Positions 34,292 to 46,332 of a stretch of 64,000 bases of DNA are shown piece by piece. The stretch spans positions 49,271,900 through 49,335,899 of the forward strand of contig NC_068982.1 of NCBI RefSeq assembly GCF_001194135.2, in the 5' to 3' direction. Origin of the DNA: Octopus bimaculoides. Its lineage: Eukaryota. Made by a program: the position numbers and the translations under genes. Under the pieces are notes generated by a model. It had not been told where the DNA came from, did no database searches, and saw only the letters and a program-made list of their open reading frames with translations. Position 1 is the stretch's first letter; each line of letters begins with the position of its first letter.

Positions 34292-34677
34292 TGTAAGAGA
34301 GGGGGAAGGTGGGTATGGGAGGGGAGGAAAGAGAGGAGAGAGGGTGGGTGTAAGAGAGGGAAGGTGGATGTAAGAGAGGGGGAAGGTGGGTATGGGAGGG
34401 GGAGAAAGAGAGGAAGAGAAAGAGAGTGAGAGAGAAAGAGAGTGAGAGAGAAGAGAGTGAGAGAGAGGGAAAGAGAGAAGAGAGTGAGAGAGAGGGAAGG
34501 AGAGAAGAGAATGAGAGAGAGTGAGAGTGTAAGAGAGTAAGAGAGAGGAGAGAAAGAGTAGGGGTGAAGAGAAGTGGGAGTGAAGAGAAGTAGGAAGAGA
34601 AGTAGGAGTGAAGAGAAGTAGGAATGAAGAGAGGTGGGAGTGAAGAGAAGTAGGAGTGAAGAGAGGTGAAGCGACGT
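34292..34677 (+). repeat. Purine-rich (GA) low-complexity/minisatellite tract with ~15-16-bp units AGAGAAGTAGGAGTGA
   Basis: Direct read; bounded by gaps on both sides. Confidence 0.85.
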
Positions 34678-35659
34678 NNNNNNNNNNNNNNNNNNNNNNN
34701 NNNNNNNNNNNNNNNNNNNNNNNNNNNNNNNNNNNNNNNNNNNNNNNNNNNNNNNNNNNNNNNNNNNNNNNNNNNNNNNNNNNNNNNNNNNNNNNNNNNN
34801 NNNNNNNNNNNNNNNNNNNNNNNNNNNNNNNNNNNNNNNNNNNNNNNNNNNNNNNNNNNNNNNNNNNNNNNNNNNNNNNNNNNNNNNNNNNNNNNNNNNN
34901 NNNNNNNNNNNNNNNNNNNNNNNNNNNNNNNNNNNNNNNNNNNNNNNNNNNNNNNNNNNNNNNNNNNNNNNNNNNNNNNNNNNNNNNNNNNNNNNNNNNN
35001 NNNNNNNNNNNNNNNNNNNNNNNNNNNNNNNNNNNNNNNNNNNNNNNNNNNNNNNNNNNNNNNNNNNNNNNNNNNNNNNNNNNNNNNNNNNNNNNNNNNN
35101 NNNNNNNNNNNNNNNNNNNNNNNNNNNNNNNNNNNNNNNNNNNNNNNNNNNNNNNNNNNNNNNNNNNNNNNNNNNNNNNNNNNNNNNNNNNNNNNNNNNN
35201 NNNNNNNNNNNNNNNNNNNNNNNNNNNNNNNNNNNNNNNNNNNNNNNNNNNNNNNNNNNNNNNNNNNNNNNNNNNNNNNNNNNNNNNNNNNNNNNNNNNN
35301 NNNNNNNNNNNNNNNNNNNNNNNNNNNNNNNNNNNNNNNNNNNNNNNNNNNNNNNNNNNNNNNNNNNNNNNNNNNNNNNNNNNNNNNNNNNNNNNNNNNN
35401 NNNNNNNNNNNNNNNNNNNNNNNNNNNNNNNNNNNNNNNNNNNNNNNNNNNNNNNNNNNNNNNNNNNNNNNNNNNNNNNNNNNNNNNNNNNNNNNNNNNN
35501 NNNNNNNNNNNNNNNNNNNNNNNNNNNNNNNNNNNNNNNNNNNNNNNNNNNNNNNNNNNNNNNNNNNNNNNNNNNNNNNNNNNNNNNNNNNNNNNNNNNN
35601 NNNNNNNNNNNNNNNNNNNNNNNNNNNNNNNNNNNNNNNNNNNNNNNNNNNNCCCCATA

Positions 35660-35800
35660 ACTAACAGATTGAGAGACTAAGTACCAGACTTTAAAAGAAT
35701 TTTAATATGAAAAAAAATCGTGGGTTTGATTCATTTGACTAAAGGTCCTTCAAGGTGGTGCCCCAGAATGACCACAGACTGATGACTGAAACATGATAAA
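35660..35800 (+). mobile_element. SINE family A 3' tail
   Basis: GAGACTAAGTACCAGACTT..CAAGGTGGTGCCCCAG..GATGACTGAAACA. Confidence 0.7.
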
Positions 35801-36481
35801 AAAAAAGTCCTCTAAAAATCAAACATCTGGTGAAGATTATGTAATTATTTTTATTGGATCTGACTGCAACAAAAGAACTGGAATTGATCCTCTTGCATTG
35901 AGGATATCAATGAAAATGAAATAGTGTGAATGATGACGGTACATGACATATGAACAAGCAATACACCAATAGGTTTTATTAAGAACAACCAGCTAAATCG
36001 GAAGAACCCAGAGCAGCAAGGAAAATTTCTAGAGTGTTTAGAGGACTCAGTGGTGTGTAAGGTTATTGGGTTGGAAGCTGGTTGACACAAAGTCGAAATC
36101 CTTTCACAAACTTTTGATGAGACCTTCATTCTTGTTTTGGATCAAATATGCTTGGAGCTTTCATGTTGCTTTCCATCAAAATAATCAAAATCCTAATATA
36201 AAGACACTTTTTCATCTTAATGCCCAAAATAGCTGATTTTGCAATGCAAATGATTGATCTCAAATCTTTGGCAGAAACATGTCACCTGAAATTGGACAAC
36301 CACAAGGGAGAGATATGCTGATTGGAATCTGGATAATCTGAAAACAGTGCCACAGGGCAAAAGTCTCACTGAGTGGAAGATACATGTTTTTAACTCTCTG
36401 ATTAAATTACTTGGGTTTTGAATCTCTCAAGGACACTTTCTTTAAACTATTTAAACTGTTTAAAATTATATTGTAACACTC

Positions 36482-36907
36482 TCTTTACTTTTTACTCCTT
36501 ACTCTTTTACTCTTTTACTTGTTTCAGTCATTTGACTGCGGCCATGCTGGAGCACCACCTTTAGTCGAGCAAATCGATCCCAGGACTTATTCTTTGTAAG
36601 CCTAGTACTTATTCTATCGGTCTCTTTTGCCGAACCGCTAAGTTACTGGAACGTAAACACACCAGCATCGGTTGTCAAGCGATGTTGGGGGTACAAACAC
36701 AGACACACAAACACACACATACACATGCATATACATATATAAGATGGGCTTCTTTCAGTTTCCGTCTACCAAATCCACTCACAAGGCTTTGGTCGGCCCG
36801 AGGCTATAGTAGAAGACACTTGCCCAAGGTGCCATGTAGTGGGACTGAATCCAGAACCATGTGGTTGGTAAGCAAGCTACTTACCACACAGCCACTCCTG
36901 CGCCTAA
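36482..36907 (-). mobile_element. SINE family A, full length, little diverged
   Basis: Reverse complement starts GGCGCAGGAGTGGCTGTGTGGTAAG and ends with a (GTAAAAGA)-like repeat tail; many CpGs retained. Confidence 0.95.
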
Positions 36908-37087
36908 ACAGTGCAGGATATGAACATCAACAGACTAGACAATTTAGGCATAATTTTCATGAATAGATGATGTGTCAGAAACATGAATCTTGATGGCATT
37001 GTCCTTCATTCCACAGCAAAACTACAAGAACAGGAGAATAGTCATTATGAAGTTTGTGTTACTATAATGCATGACAAATCTTTTATA

Positions 37088-37550
37088 TTTTATTTGTTCC
37101 AGTCATTGGACTGTAGCCATACTGGAGCACTGACTAGATGGGATTAGTCAAACAAATTGACCCAAATACAATTTTGAAAGTTTGGTACTTAATCTATCAA
37201 TCTCATTTGCTGAACCACTTAATACTATGGGGATTTAAACAAATCAATACTGGTTGTCAAGAAGTCTGAAGAGGAGGTGTAAAAACACAAGTTAAAAGAC
37301 ATATACACCATATACAGAAGCACGCGCACACACACACACACACATGCACATACACACACATACATTACACACACACACATGCACACACACACACACACAT
37401 ACACATGACAAGTTTCAAACTGTTTCCAGTTACCAAACACATCATTGGTTGACCTGAGGCAAAAGTAGGAGACACTTGCCCAAGGTGAACAGAGTGGGAC
37501 TGAACTCAAAATCACGTGGTTGCAAAACAAGCTTCATAACCACAAGGCCA
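37088..37550 (-). mobile_element. SINE family A, degenerate, long internal (CA)n
   Basis: Tail CCAGTCATTGGACTGTAGCCAT; head GACACTTGCCCAAGG..CATAACCACAAGGCC. Confidence 0.75.
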
Positions 37551-38099
37551 TATCTGTTAATTATTTTTTAAGACGTCTAAATTTTACTTTAAGCCAGACA
37601 CATCCTAGGATTTCAATCCAAGGATTTACCATTTTATCTTTTGTGTGTGCATGTGTATAGTGTTGCTTCATATTTTCCATTGTATGTTTTGTCTGAAATT
37701 TTTTATTTGGAGAAAATGTTTGGAATAGAATTGCCATATTTTTCACTCAGTTATTCAGTTCTTTTTGTCTAAGCGTTTGTGCTCAGTGCTTCCATGTTAT
37801 CTTTGAATATGTTGACAATATTGGAGTGATAGCATATGTGAACAATTTTGTTATGCTTTCATTTTTCTTTTTTTTTTACGTGAGAAAACATAAATGTGTT
37901 TGATTATGTATATAGACACACATGTACAATACATACATATGCAATCACAAACACAGAGAAACTTATACACACAACACACACTTACAGATGGAGATGCAAA
38001 CATACAAACATATTCTACCTTCCCTTGTTAGATATGCATATCTTGAAAGTGTAGGCGGAAGCGATAGCTTAATGTGATTATTTTTGTGTGTGTGTGTGT

Positions 38100-38330
38100 G
38101 TGGTTCTAAATTTTACCTTCAGCCATGTGGTTTTGTGTTCAGTCTCACTATATGGCACATTGAGCAAGTGCCTTCTACGTTTAGCTCTGAGCCACCCAAA
38201 ACCTTGAAAATACATCAGGTATATGGCAACCAAAAGAAGACTATCATACATATATATAATGACAGTTTTCTTTTGGCTGCCATATACTTGATCTATTCTC
38301 AAGGTTTTGGGTGGCTCAGAGCTAAAAGTA
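38100..38330. repeat. Old SINE A head whose distal 72 bp are folded back into an inverted repeat (arms 38176-38247 and 38259-38330)
   Basis: 65/72 identity between the left arm and the reverse complement of the right arm; loop ACATATATATA. Confidence 0.92.
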
Positions 38331-38335
38331 AATGT

Positions 38336-38526
38336 AGGCACAAGCATGGCTGTGTGGTAAGTAGCTTGCTTACCAACCACATGGTTCTGTATTCAGTCCC
38401 ACTGCATGGCACCTTGAGCCAGTGTCTTCTACTGTAGCTTCCAGCCGACCAAAGCCTTGTGAGTGGATTTGGTTTGACGGAAACTGAAAAAAGCCCGTCA
38501 TGTATATGTATGTATGTATGTATGTA
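38336..38526 (+). mobile_element. SINE family A head, truncated at (TATG)n
   Basis: GCATGGCTGTGTGGTAAGTAGCTTGCTTACCAACCACATGG..GGAAACTGAAAAAAGCCCGTC. Confidence 0.9.
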
Positions 38527-39059
38527 TCTGGAGCAAGCATATCCAGTCTAAATCTCTCACATTCTTCGTTGACTCTGCCTGTGTATGTAGTGAAGTCTTC
38601 ATCTTCGCTCTTTTCTATGTTTAAACATTTCCATCTAATATTAAACAGTGAGCTCTTTTCACTAAACATTTTACACAAAATGTCAACTGTGTCAGTGAAA
38701 TTTATGTTGGATGCTTTTTTTGGCATTATGAAGTTACTATACTTCACATGCTTTGCTGTCACCAATTCTCTTAAAACTAGACACATTTTCATTTTGTCCA
38801 TCCAATCCTGACATTATTTTTCAAAAATTTGTTCAAATCTCCGAAAGTAAGCCTCGAAGGTTACTCCTTCTTCGGGGTCATATTTGAATTTGCTTATGGA
38901 ATTTGCTACATGGTCAGGTGAAAAGGTTTTCTCTGGTTTGGTTATCAACTTCATTAGTTGTAACATTTGCTGCTGCAATCCTTATTGTTATTCTCATTGT
39001 TCCTTGAGTTGTTGTTGTTGATTTTGCAACTCAACTATCCTGGCTAACAAGTCTTCCAT
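38527..39059 (-). mobile_element. Ty3/Gypsy gag relic (N-terminal half)
   Basis: MEDLLARIVELQNQQQQ..FKYDPEEGVTFEAYFRRFEQIF; then, after a frameshift, KYSNFIMPKK..FSEKSSLFNIRWKCLNIEKSEDEDFTTYTGRVNEECERFRL. This resembles K02A2.6-like Gypsy gag. Confidence 0.85.
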
Positions 39060-39168
39060 ATTTTATGATTTTTGTAACTTTGCACAAAAGATTTTTGTTT
39101 CTTTTTTGTCAAGTTATTAAATTTTCCACATGAATTAGTTTAAACTCTCTGTGTGAATGTTTTTTTTT

Positions 39169-39354
39169 ATCACTGCCATCGTACTGTAGTTGCTGTTTTG
39201 TACTAGTAGCCACCATAGTTACTAGTCATCAGATACCATTGTATCTCTTCATACCGGAATAGGAATACACTAACTTCTTCTGTCTTACTTATCACTGATA
39301 GCTCCACTCTCGACCCTCTCTTGATGATCAGCTACTGGTCCATTTCACTATACA
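39169..39354 (-). mobile_element. Putative 5' LTR (~175 bp) and PBS of the Gypsy relic
   Basis: Reverse complement starts TGTATAGTG (39354) and is followed by TGGCAGTGAT (39169-39178), close to a tRNA-Leu-type PBS TGGCAGCGGT. The LTR ends ..TACGA rather than CA. Confidence 0.45.
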
Positions 39355-39356
39355 AT

Positions 39357-39665
39357 AGGTCATGAATGATCATTGCATTGCACCTACAAAGTTACCCTCC
39401 AAGGCACAAGTCTGGGCCAAGTTGTTTATGGAAGACCAGCAGTTGCTTATGCATACCATCCTCCCCTCTCCACACCACCAAGGGAAAGGGAAAAGCTTAG
39501 AACCAGTGATGTTGTAACTCATTTCAACAGCTGAGTGAACTGGTGCAACATGAAGTAAAATGTGTTGCTCAAGAACACAACGCACAGCCCAGTCTAGGAA
39601 TCGAACTGACTACCTCATGATTGTGAGCCTAAAGCTCTAACCACTGAGCAATGCACCTTCACAGA
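39357..39665 (-). mobile_element. SINE family C
   Basis: Homologous to 31560-31905 in reverse complement. Confidence 0.85.
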
Positions 39666-39739
39666 CATATACATATCATTTATGAATTTGTTTTGCAAGA
39701 TTCCTGATGTAAAATTGTGTGTTGAAACAGATGTCATTA

Positions 39740-40052
39740 TATTTCGGGATGGCCATTATTTTTTTCTTGCCACATGCACTATATATTCATTCTCCACTTG
39801 CTCATTATTGTTCTTATTTCATCATATGTCCATTGTCTGGAAATCTTTTGTCACACATTCTATTCTGGAACTGACTAAACAGAACAGGAGGAGACTCATG
39901 AGATGGAAGAGTTGCTGAAGGGTCACAGGTGTGTGATGAAAGGTTGCCAGACAATGGAGGTAAGATGAAATAAGAACAATGATGAACGAGTGAAAAATGA
40001 ATATATAGTACACGTGTTTATTTGACAAGAAAGAAATGACCATCCCAAAATA
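39740..40052. mobile_element. 313-bp Tc1/mariner-type MITE with ~120-bp TIRs and TA TSD
   Basis: Both ends TATTT(C/T)GGGATGG(C/T)CATT; arms roughly 80% identical by eye; TA at 39738-39739 and 40053-40054. Confidence 0.85.
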
Positions 40053-40622
40053 TAGCATACATATTCATATATATATTTATATATGCAAAAACACATACAC
40101 ACACACACACACACACACATACACACATACACACACACAAACACAAAAACATAAACATATAGATGCACCTACATATTTAAAATCTTTAATCATTAATCTA
40201 TTAATTAAAGAAGACGTAACAAGAAACAATGAAAAGGAAAACAATACAAACCAAGCATACATACAAAAAGAAATAAGCAAATAATTCTATTAGAACATTA
40301 ATTCTTTTCTCCTTCACTTTTATGAGAATATCAGGGAAGTCTTTCCTTCATGAAGATTTTTAGAAAAACAATAGATATATCAATAAATCCATTTATCTGA
40401 CTGATTTATCGAAATAATGTACATCAAGAAAAATTTTTGAGATATACATTATAAAGTTTCAACTTTTGTAGAGTATAATAATATAATGGTAAATCCAAAC
40501 AAAAACCAATACATAAGAATTTTTTTCAAAATCAATTTAAAACTGTTTGTAGAATTTTTATTTCCCATTTATTTATTCATTTTGTTTTTTTATCGAAAAA
40601 ACTGAAGCAATTGTCTGATATG

Positions 40623-40674
<52 letters not shown>

Positions 40675-41197
40675 TAAAAACATAAATACAAAAGAAGCAC
40701 ACTTTAAGATGTAGAGCAGTATATATTCCTTCCCCATTTTTGATATATATATATATATATGCACACATATACCCACACACACACACAAATTTACACACAT
40801 GTACACATACACATATTTACACATACATATATACACACATTTATACACACATGTATACATTTGCAAANNNNNNNNNNNNNNNNNNNNNNNNNNNNNNNNN
40901 NNNNNNNNNNNNNNNNNNNNNNNNNNACAAATTTGTATATTTATATGTATGTGTGTGTGTATATATACATACACACACATAGACACAGGATACATTGCTT
41001 ACAACTGTAGTCTGCTTCAGGGTTAATGAACAAATGATGTACAAAAACATTATGACTACAAACCCAATTTTCATTTATATTTCATTTGTCTTCTCAGAAT
41101 TGATTTCCATTTTATTTTTTTTTAAAGAAAAAGGATAAATTATGGCATACGTTATGTAAGCTATTAGACACTTTCATGTTGATTTTCTACTTTGGAG

Positions 41198-41300
41198 CAG
41201 ACATGGCTGTGTAGTCAAGAAGTTCACTTCCCAGACATGTGGTTTGGGGTTCAGTCTCACTGTCTAGCACCTTGGGTTGACCAAAGCCATGTGAGTAGAC
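41198..41300 (+). mobile_element. SINE family A head fragment
   Basis: GACATGGCTGTGTAGTCAAGAAG..GCACCTTGGGTTGACCAAAGCCATGTGAGT. Confidence 0.65.
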
Positions 41301-42184
41301 TGGGTTTCAGGCATGAGGTTTAACAAACCCAAACATGCAGAATTATTTAGTTATTTATTTATTGTGAGGATGAGGTGAACCAGCAGTAAAGGGTCAGTGA
41401 TGTCAATGGCTGAGGGCCCCTACTGAAAGGGCAGGAGTGAGGAGGCCACATGGGTGGAAGTAGAATAAGCATGGGCCTCTTTGCTTTGGGGCAGCCATGG
41501 CAGAGAGACACATGTGGATATACAAGCTAGAGAGGGAATTTGCTGTTAGATTCTGGTGATATGTTAGGTGGCTAGGTCACCTTTCATATGCAACCCGGTG
41601 GGATATTAGAAGCTGAAAGAGAACCTGAGAGGTAGGCAAATCACAGTGTTCCTCATATTATATTTATTTATTTATTAAAAGCAGTTTGACTCAACTTCAC
41701 ATTACTTAAAGTTTCATGGACACAGGACATGTTAACCTCTTTACATTTTCTTCAAGGTGGTGCCCCAGCATGTCCAAAGTCTAATGACTGAAACAAGTAA
41801 AAGATTAAAGATTTGCCAACAAAAGTGGCTTATGTTCAGTCTGTCAATCCAATGACTTGGCATCCTCAATGAAATGTGATAAATTATCTCAAATTTAGAA
41901 TGGCTTCTCTGTATTCAGAACCCTGTTGATTTTTTATTTATTTTTTTGTTATCATAGTAACATAATTTTGTTTTTGTTTTTTTGTTTAGTCCATGTTAAC
42001 ATTACTTTTTTGACATTAGTGACATTTCTTTACATATAGTAGATAAACTCAATGATGATAATGTCATTCAGTTATTTGTAATTCAATAGGGTGTGGTATT
42101 TTAGCAACAATTACCACATGGGGTGTAACTGATTTGGCAGTGTCCAGTCACAATGAGTTTGTTTGGCCAATATGAGTAGGTCTT

Positions 42185-42340
42185 CTAAAGCAGCAAGCTG
42201 GCAGAATCATTAGCATGTAAAGATGAGCAAAATGCTTATTGTAATTTTATCCATCTTTAGGCTCTAGGTTCAAATGCTTTTGGAATCAATGAAATAAGTA
42301 CCAGTTGAGCACTGGGATCAATTTAATTCACTAGCCCCTT
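42185..42340 (+). mobile_element. SINE family B, degenerate
   Basis: GCAAGCTGGCAGAATCATTAGCA..GAAATAAGTACCAGTTGAGCACTGGG. Confidence 0.75.
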
Positions 42341-42564
42341 CCTCGTGCCAACCATCTCAGTTGCTTCTTATGACATGCAGAGATATGTTGTCCCCATTCC
42401 AAAAACATGTAGCACATTGAGATTAATGTTCATTTTTTCTTTTTTTTTTTAATAGAGGTATAGGGCTAGAAATTTTTAGTGAGGCTGTAGTCTACTAATT
42501 TGACTCCAGTACTAGAGTAGCACTTTATTTTATTAACCCTAAAAGGAGAAAAGGAGAAGTATAT

Positions 42565-42780
42565 TTGTTTCTTTATTGCTCACAGGAAGCTAAACATACA
42601 GGGGCCAAACAAGGACAAACGGATTAAGTCGATTATATTGACCCCAGTGCATAACTGGTACTTATTTAATCGACCCTGAAAGGATGAAAGGCAAAGTTGA
42701 CCTTCGCGGAATTTGAACTCAGAAATACCTCTAAGCATTTCACCAGGTGTGCTAACAATTCTGCCAATTCACCGCCCTAA
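42565..42780 (-). mobile_element. SINE B variant with the same tail as 14079-14314
   Basis: TTTCTTTATTGCTCACAGG..CAAACAAGGACAAACGGATTAAGTCG..GAATTTGAACTCAG..CACCGCC. Confidence 0.85.
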
Positions 42781-42954
42781 CTGTAGAGTATATTACTAAT
42801 CATTTCTTTTATACACATAAGGCTAGATATTTTGTGGCCAAGATCTTTTCATTAAATTAGCTCTGATAATTGAATTGTAAAATACAGTAAGTTAGTAGAA
42901 TTGATAGGACACTGGGAAAAATGCTTAGCAGCATTTTTTCAGTCTTTACATTCT

Positions 42955-43325
42955 GAAGGTGCATTGCTCAGTGGTCAGAATGTTCGGCTCACAATCATGA
43001 GGTAGTGAGTTTGATGTGGCCAGGTGGTTAGGATATTCAGCTCATGAGCTTATGGTCATGAGTTTGATTCCTGGTGGTGAATTGTCCTTCAGCAAGACAT
43101 TTTCACATTGCTCCAGTTCACTCAGTTGGCAAAAAGGAGTTGTACTTGTAATTCAAAGAGCCAGCCTTGTCATATTCTGTATCATGCTGAATCTCCCTGT
43201 GAACTACATTAAGGGTACACATATCTGTGGAGTGCTCAGCTACTTACCCCTTAATTTCATGAGCAGGCTGTTCTGTTGATCAAATCAATTAGCATGCTCG
43301 TCATTGTAACCAATGGAATGCCAGC
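42955..43325 (+). mobile_element. SINE family D preceded by an extra tRNA-like head
   Basis: Head 1 GAAGGTGCATTGCTCAGTGGTCAG..GAGTTTGAT; head 2 GTGGCCAGGTGGTTAGG..GAGTTTGATTCC; body homologous to 52711-53044. Confidence 0.8.
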
Positions 43326-43639
43326 TTTTTTTTGTGTGCATGTGTGTGTACCTGTGCACATGCATGCATGTGCACAGAACTTTGTGTAACCCTCTGATAT
43401 TAAATAAAGTGTTAAACAATTATGATAGGCAAATCAATGGCTCCAGTTTTCTGTAGCTACAATTTGTTGAGTCTATCAACAGATTGTTGGCTGCCAATTT
43501 CTCTAGGATTGGTCAGAATGATATAGACAGCTCCAATGAGAACTCAATATGGTTCGAAAATCAATTAAAGATGTTAATTTCTTTTTTCAGTCTACAGAGA
43601 AACTCTTAAATTTACCCTTTATCTAGTATTTAAGTTGTA

Positions 43640-43781
<142 letters not shown>

Positions 43782-43782
<1 letters not shown>

Positions 43783-44329
43783 TCGTCATCAGCGTTATTA
43801 TTTAACATTTATTGTCCATGCATGCATGGGTTAGATGACTTGACCAGGCCTGGTAAGCTGAGGAGCTGCACCAGACTCCAGTATGATTTGGCATAGTTTC
43901 TACAGCTGGATGCCCTTCCTAGTCCCAACCACTCTGAGAGTGTAATAGGCGCTTTTATATGCCACCAGCACGGGTACCAGTTATGTAATACCAGTATCTG
44001 TCACAACTATGATTTCACTTGGCTTGCTGGGTCTCCTTCAATTGCCTAAGGTCTCAGTCATTTGTCAATGCCTCCATGGGGTCCAACACTTGAAAGGTGC
44101 TTTTTACGTACCATGGGCATGGTTGCTAGTTATGCAACACCAGTATCGGCTACATGGCCTCTGTGAGGCCCTATACTTGAAAGGGATTTTTTTGTGCCAC
44201 TGATCAGTTATGTGACACCAACATTGGCCATGACTATGATTTCACTTGTCTTGACAGGTCTTCTCAAGCAATGCATATCACCAAAGGTCTCGGTCACTAG
44301 TCATTGCCTCCATGAGGAAATGATGAGTG

Positions 44330-44330
<1 letters not shown>
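43782..44330 (-). mobile_element. RTE-tail element (same family as 32240-32510) with internal block duplications
   Basis: CTACAGCTGGATGCCCTTCCT; CTATGATTTCACTTG..AAGGTCTC.GTCA occurs twice. Confidence 0.65.
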
Positions 44331-44389
<59 letters not shown>

Positions 44390-44780
44390 NNNNNNNNNNN
44401 NNNNNNNNNNNNNNNNNNNNNNNNNNNNNNNNNNNNNNNNNNNNNNNNNNNNNNNNNNNNNNNNNNNNNNNNNNNNNNNNNNNNNNNNNNNNNNNNNNNN
44501 NNNNNNNNNNNNNNNNNNNNNNNNNNNNNNNNNNNNNNNNNNNNNNNNNNNNNNNNNNNNNNNNNNNNNNNNNNNNNNNNNNNNNNNNNNNNNNNNNNNN
44601 NNNNNNNNNNNNNNNNNNNNNNNNNNNNNNNNNNNNNNNNNNNNNNNNNNNNNNNNNNNNNNNNNNNNNNNNNNNNNNNNNNNNNNNNNNNNNNNNNNNN
44701 NNNNNNNNNNNNNNNNNNNNNNNNNNNNNNNNNNNNNNNNNNNNNNNNNNNNNNNNNNNNNNNNNNNNCATTTTACTTTC

Positions 44781-44812
<32 letters not shown>

Positions 44813-45144
44813 GGTCTATAAAACAGGGTTAATGTTTTAGCTAACGTTGTTGCTGTTGTTGTTTAGATGGCCTTATTGTGTTTAATGTTTTTCCACTGTA
44901 GATGTTTCATGAGATATTGCTTATCTTCTTTTGGAGCCATTTTTCCCCCCATCTAACTTTTATATCTGGTTGATGTGTTGTAACTAATCTCTAATGGAAA
45001 TAAGAAACCAAATGAACATGAAAGATGGAGAAAAAATATTAAAAAAAAAAGAAATAACAGTAAGAGAGGAAGGTGTAGAAAGAAAAGAGGAAGAGAGAAA
45101 GAAAGAATGGGACTAGTTGGATATGTATATATAGCCAACAGGTG

Positions 45145-45301
45145 TGGGTGCATGGTAAGAAGCTTGCTTCCCAACCACATTGTCCCAGGTTCAGTCCTAC
45201 AGTGTAGCACCTTGGGCAAGTGTCTTCTACTGTCGCCTCAGACCAACCCAAAACTTGTGAGTGGATTTGGTAGACGCAAACTGAAAGAAGCTCATCATAT
45301 A

Positions 45302-45340
<39 letters not shown>

Positions 45341-46332
45341 NNNNNNNNNNNNNNNNNNNNNNNNNNNNNNNNNNNNNNNNNNNNNNNNNNNNNNNNNNNN
45401 NNNNNNNNNNNNNNNNNNNNNNNNNNNNNNNNNNNNNNNNNNNNNNNNNNNNNNNNNNNNNNNNNNNNNNNNNNNNNNNNNNNNNNNNNNNNNNNNNNNN
45501 NNNNNNNNNNNNNNNNNNNNNNNNNNNNNNNNNNNNNNNNNNNNNNNNNNNNNNNNNNNNNNNNNNNNNNNNNNNNNNNNNNNNNNNNNNNNNNNNNNNN
45601 NNNNNNNNNNNNNNNNNNNNNNNNNNNNNNNNNNNNNNNNNNNNNNNNNNNNNNNNNNNNNNNNNNNNNNNNNNNNNNNNNNNNNNNNNNNNNNNNNNNN
45701 NNNNNNNNNNNNNNNNNNNNNNNNNNNNNNNNNNNNNNNNNNNNNNNNNNNNNNNNNNNNNNNNNNNNNNNNNNNNNNNNNNNNNNNNNNNNNNNNNNNN
45801 NNNNNNNNNNNNNNNNNNNNNNNNNNNNNNNNNNNNNNNNNNNNNNNNNNNNNNNNNNNNNNNNNNNNNNNNNNNNNNNNNNNNNNNNNNNNNNNNNNNN
45901 NNNNNNNNNNNNNNNNNNNNNNNNNNNNNNNNNNNNNNNNNNNNNNNNNNNNNNNNNNNNNNNNNNNNNNNNNNNNNNNNNNNNNNNNNNNNNNNNNNNN
46001 NNNNNNNNNNNNNNNNNNNNNNNNNNNNNNNNNNNNNNNNNNTATGTATGTATGTATGTATGTATGTATGTATGTATGTATGTATGTATGTATGTATGTA
46101 TGTATGTGTGTGTGCATGTCTTTGTGTCTATGTTTGTCCCCCACTATTACTTGATAACTGGTGTTGCTGCTTATGTTCTTGTAACTTAGTGTTTTGGCAA
46201 AAGAGACTGATAGAATAGGTACTAGGCTTGAAAAAAATAAATTCTGGGGTCGATTCATTCAACTAAAAATTTCTCCAAGCAGTGGCCCACCATGGCTGCT
46301 ATCTAATGGCTAAAACAAGTAAAAATAAAAGA
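45145..46332 (+). mobile_element. SINE family A split by a 702-N gap in its microsatellite
   Basis: Head GGTAAGAAGCTTGCTTCCCAACC..CACCTTGGGCAAGTGTC; tail GTTTGTCCCCCAC..CTAAAACAAGTAAAA. Confidence 0.85.

Noticed and set aside
33607-35664. ORFs of 229-670 aa
   Set aside because: Mostly X from assembly gaps plus purine-rich low complexity.
35830-36400. Possible decayed transposase or LINE coding sequence
   Set aside because: No frame gave a motif I could assign with confidence.
44194-46258. ORFs spanning gaps
   Set aside because: N-runs and microsatellites.
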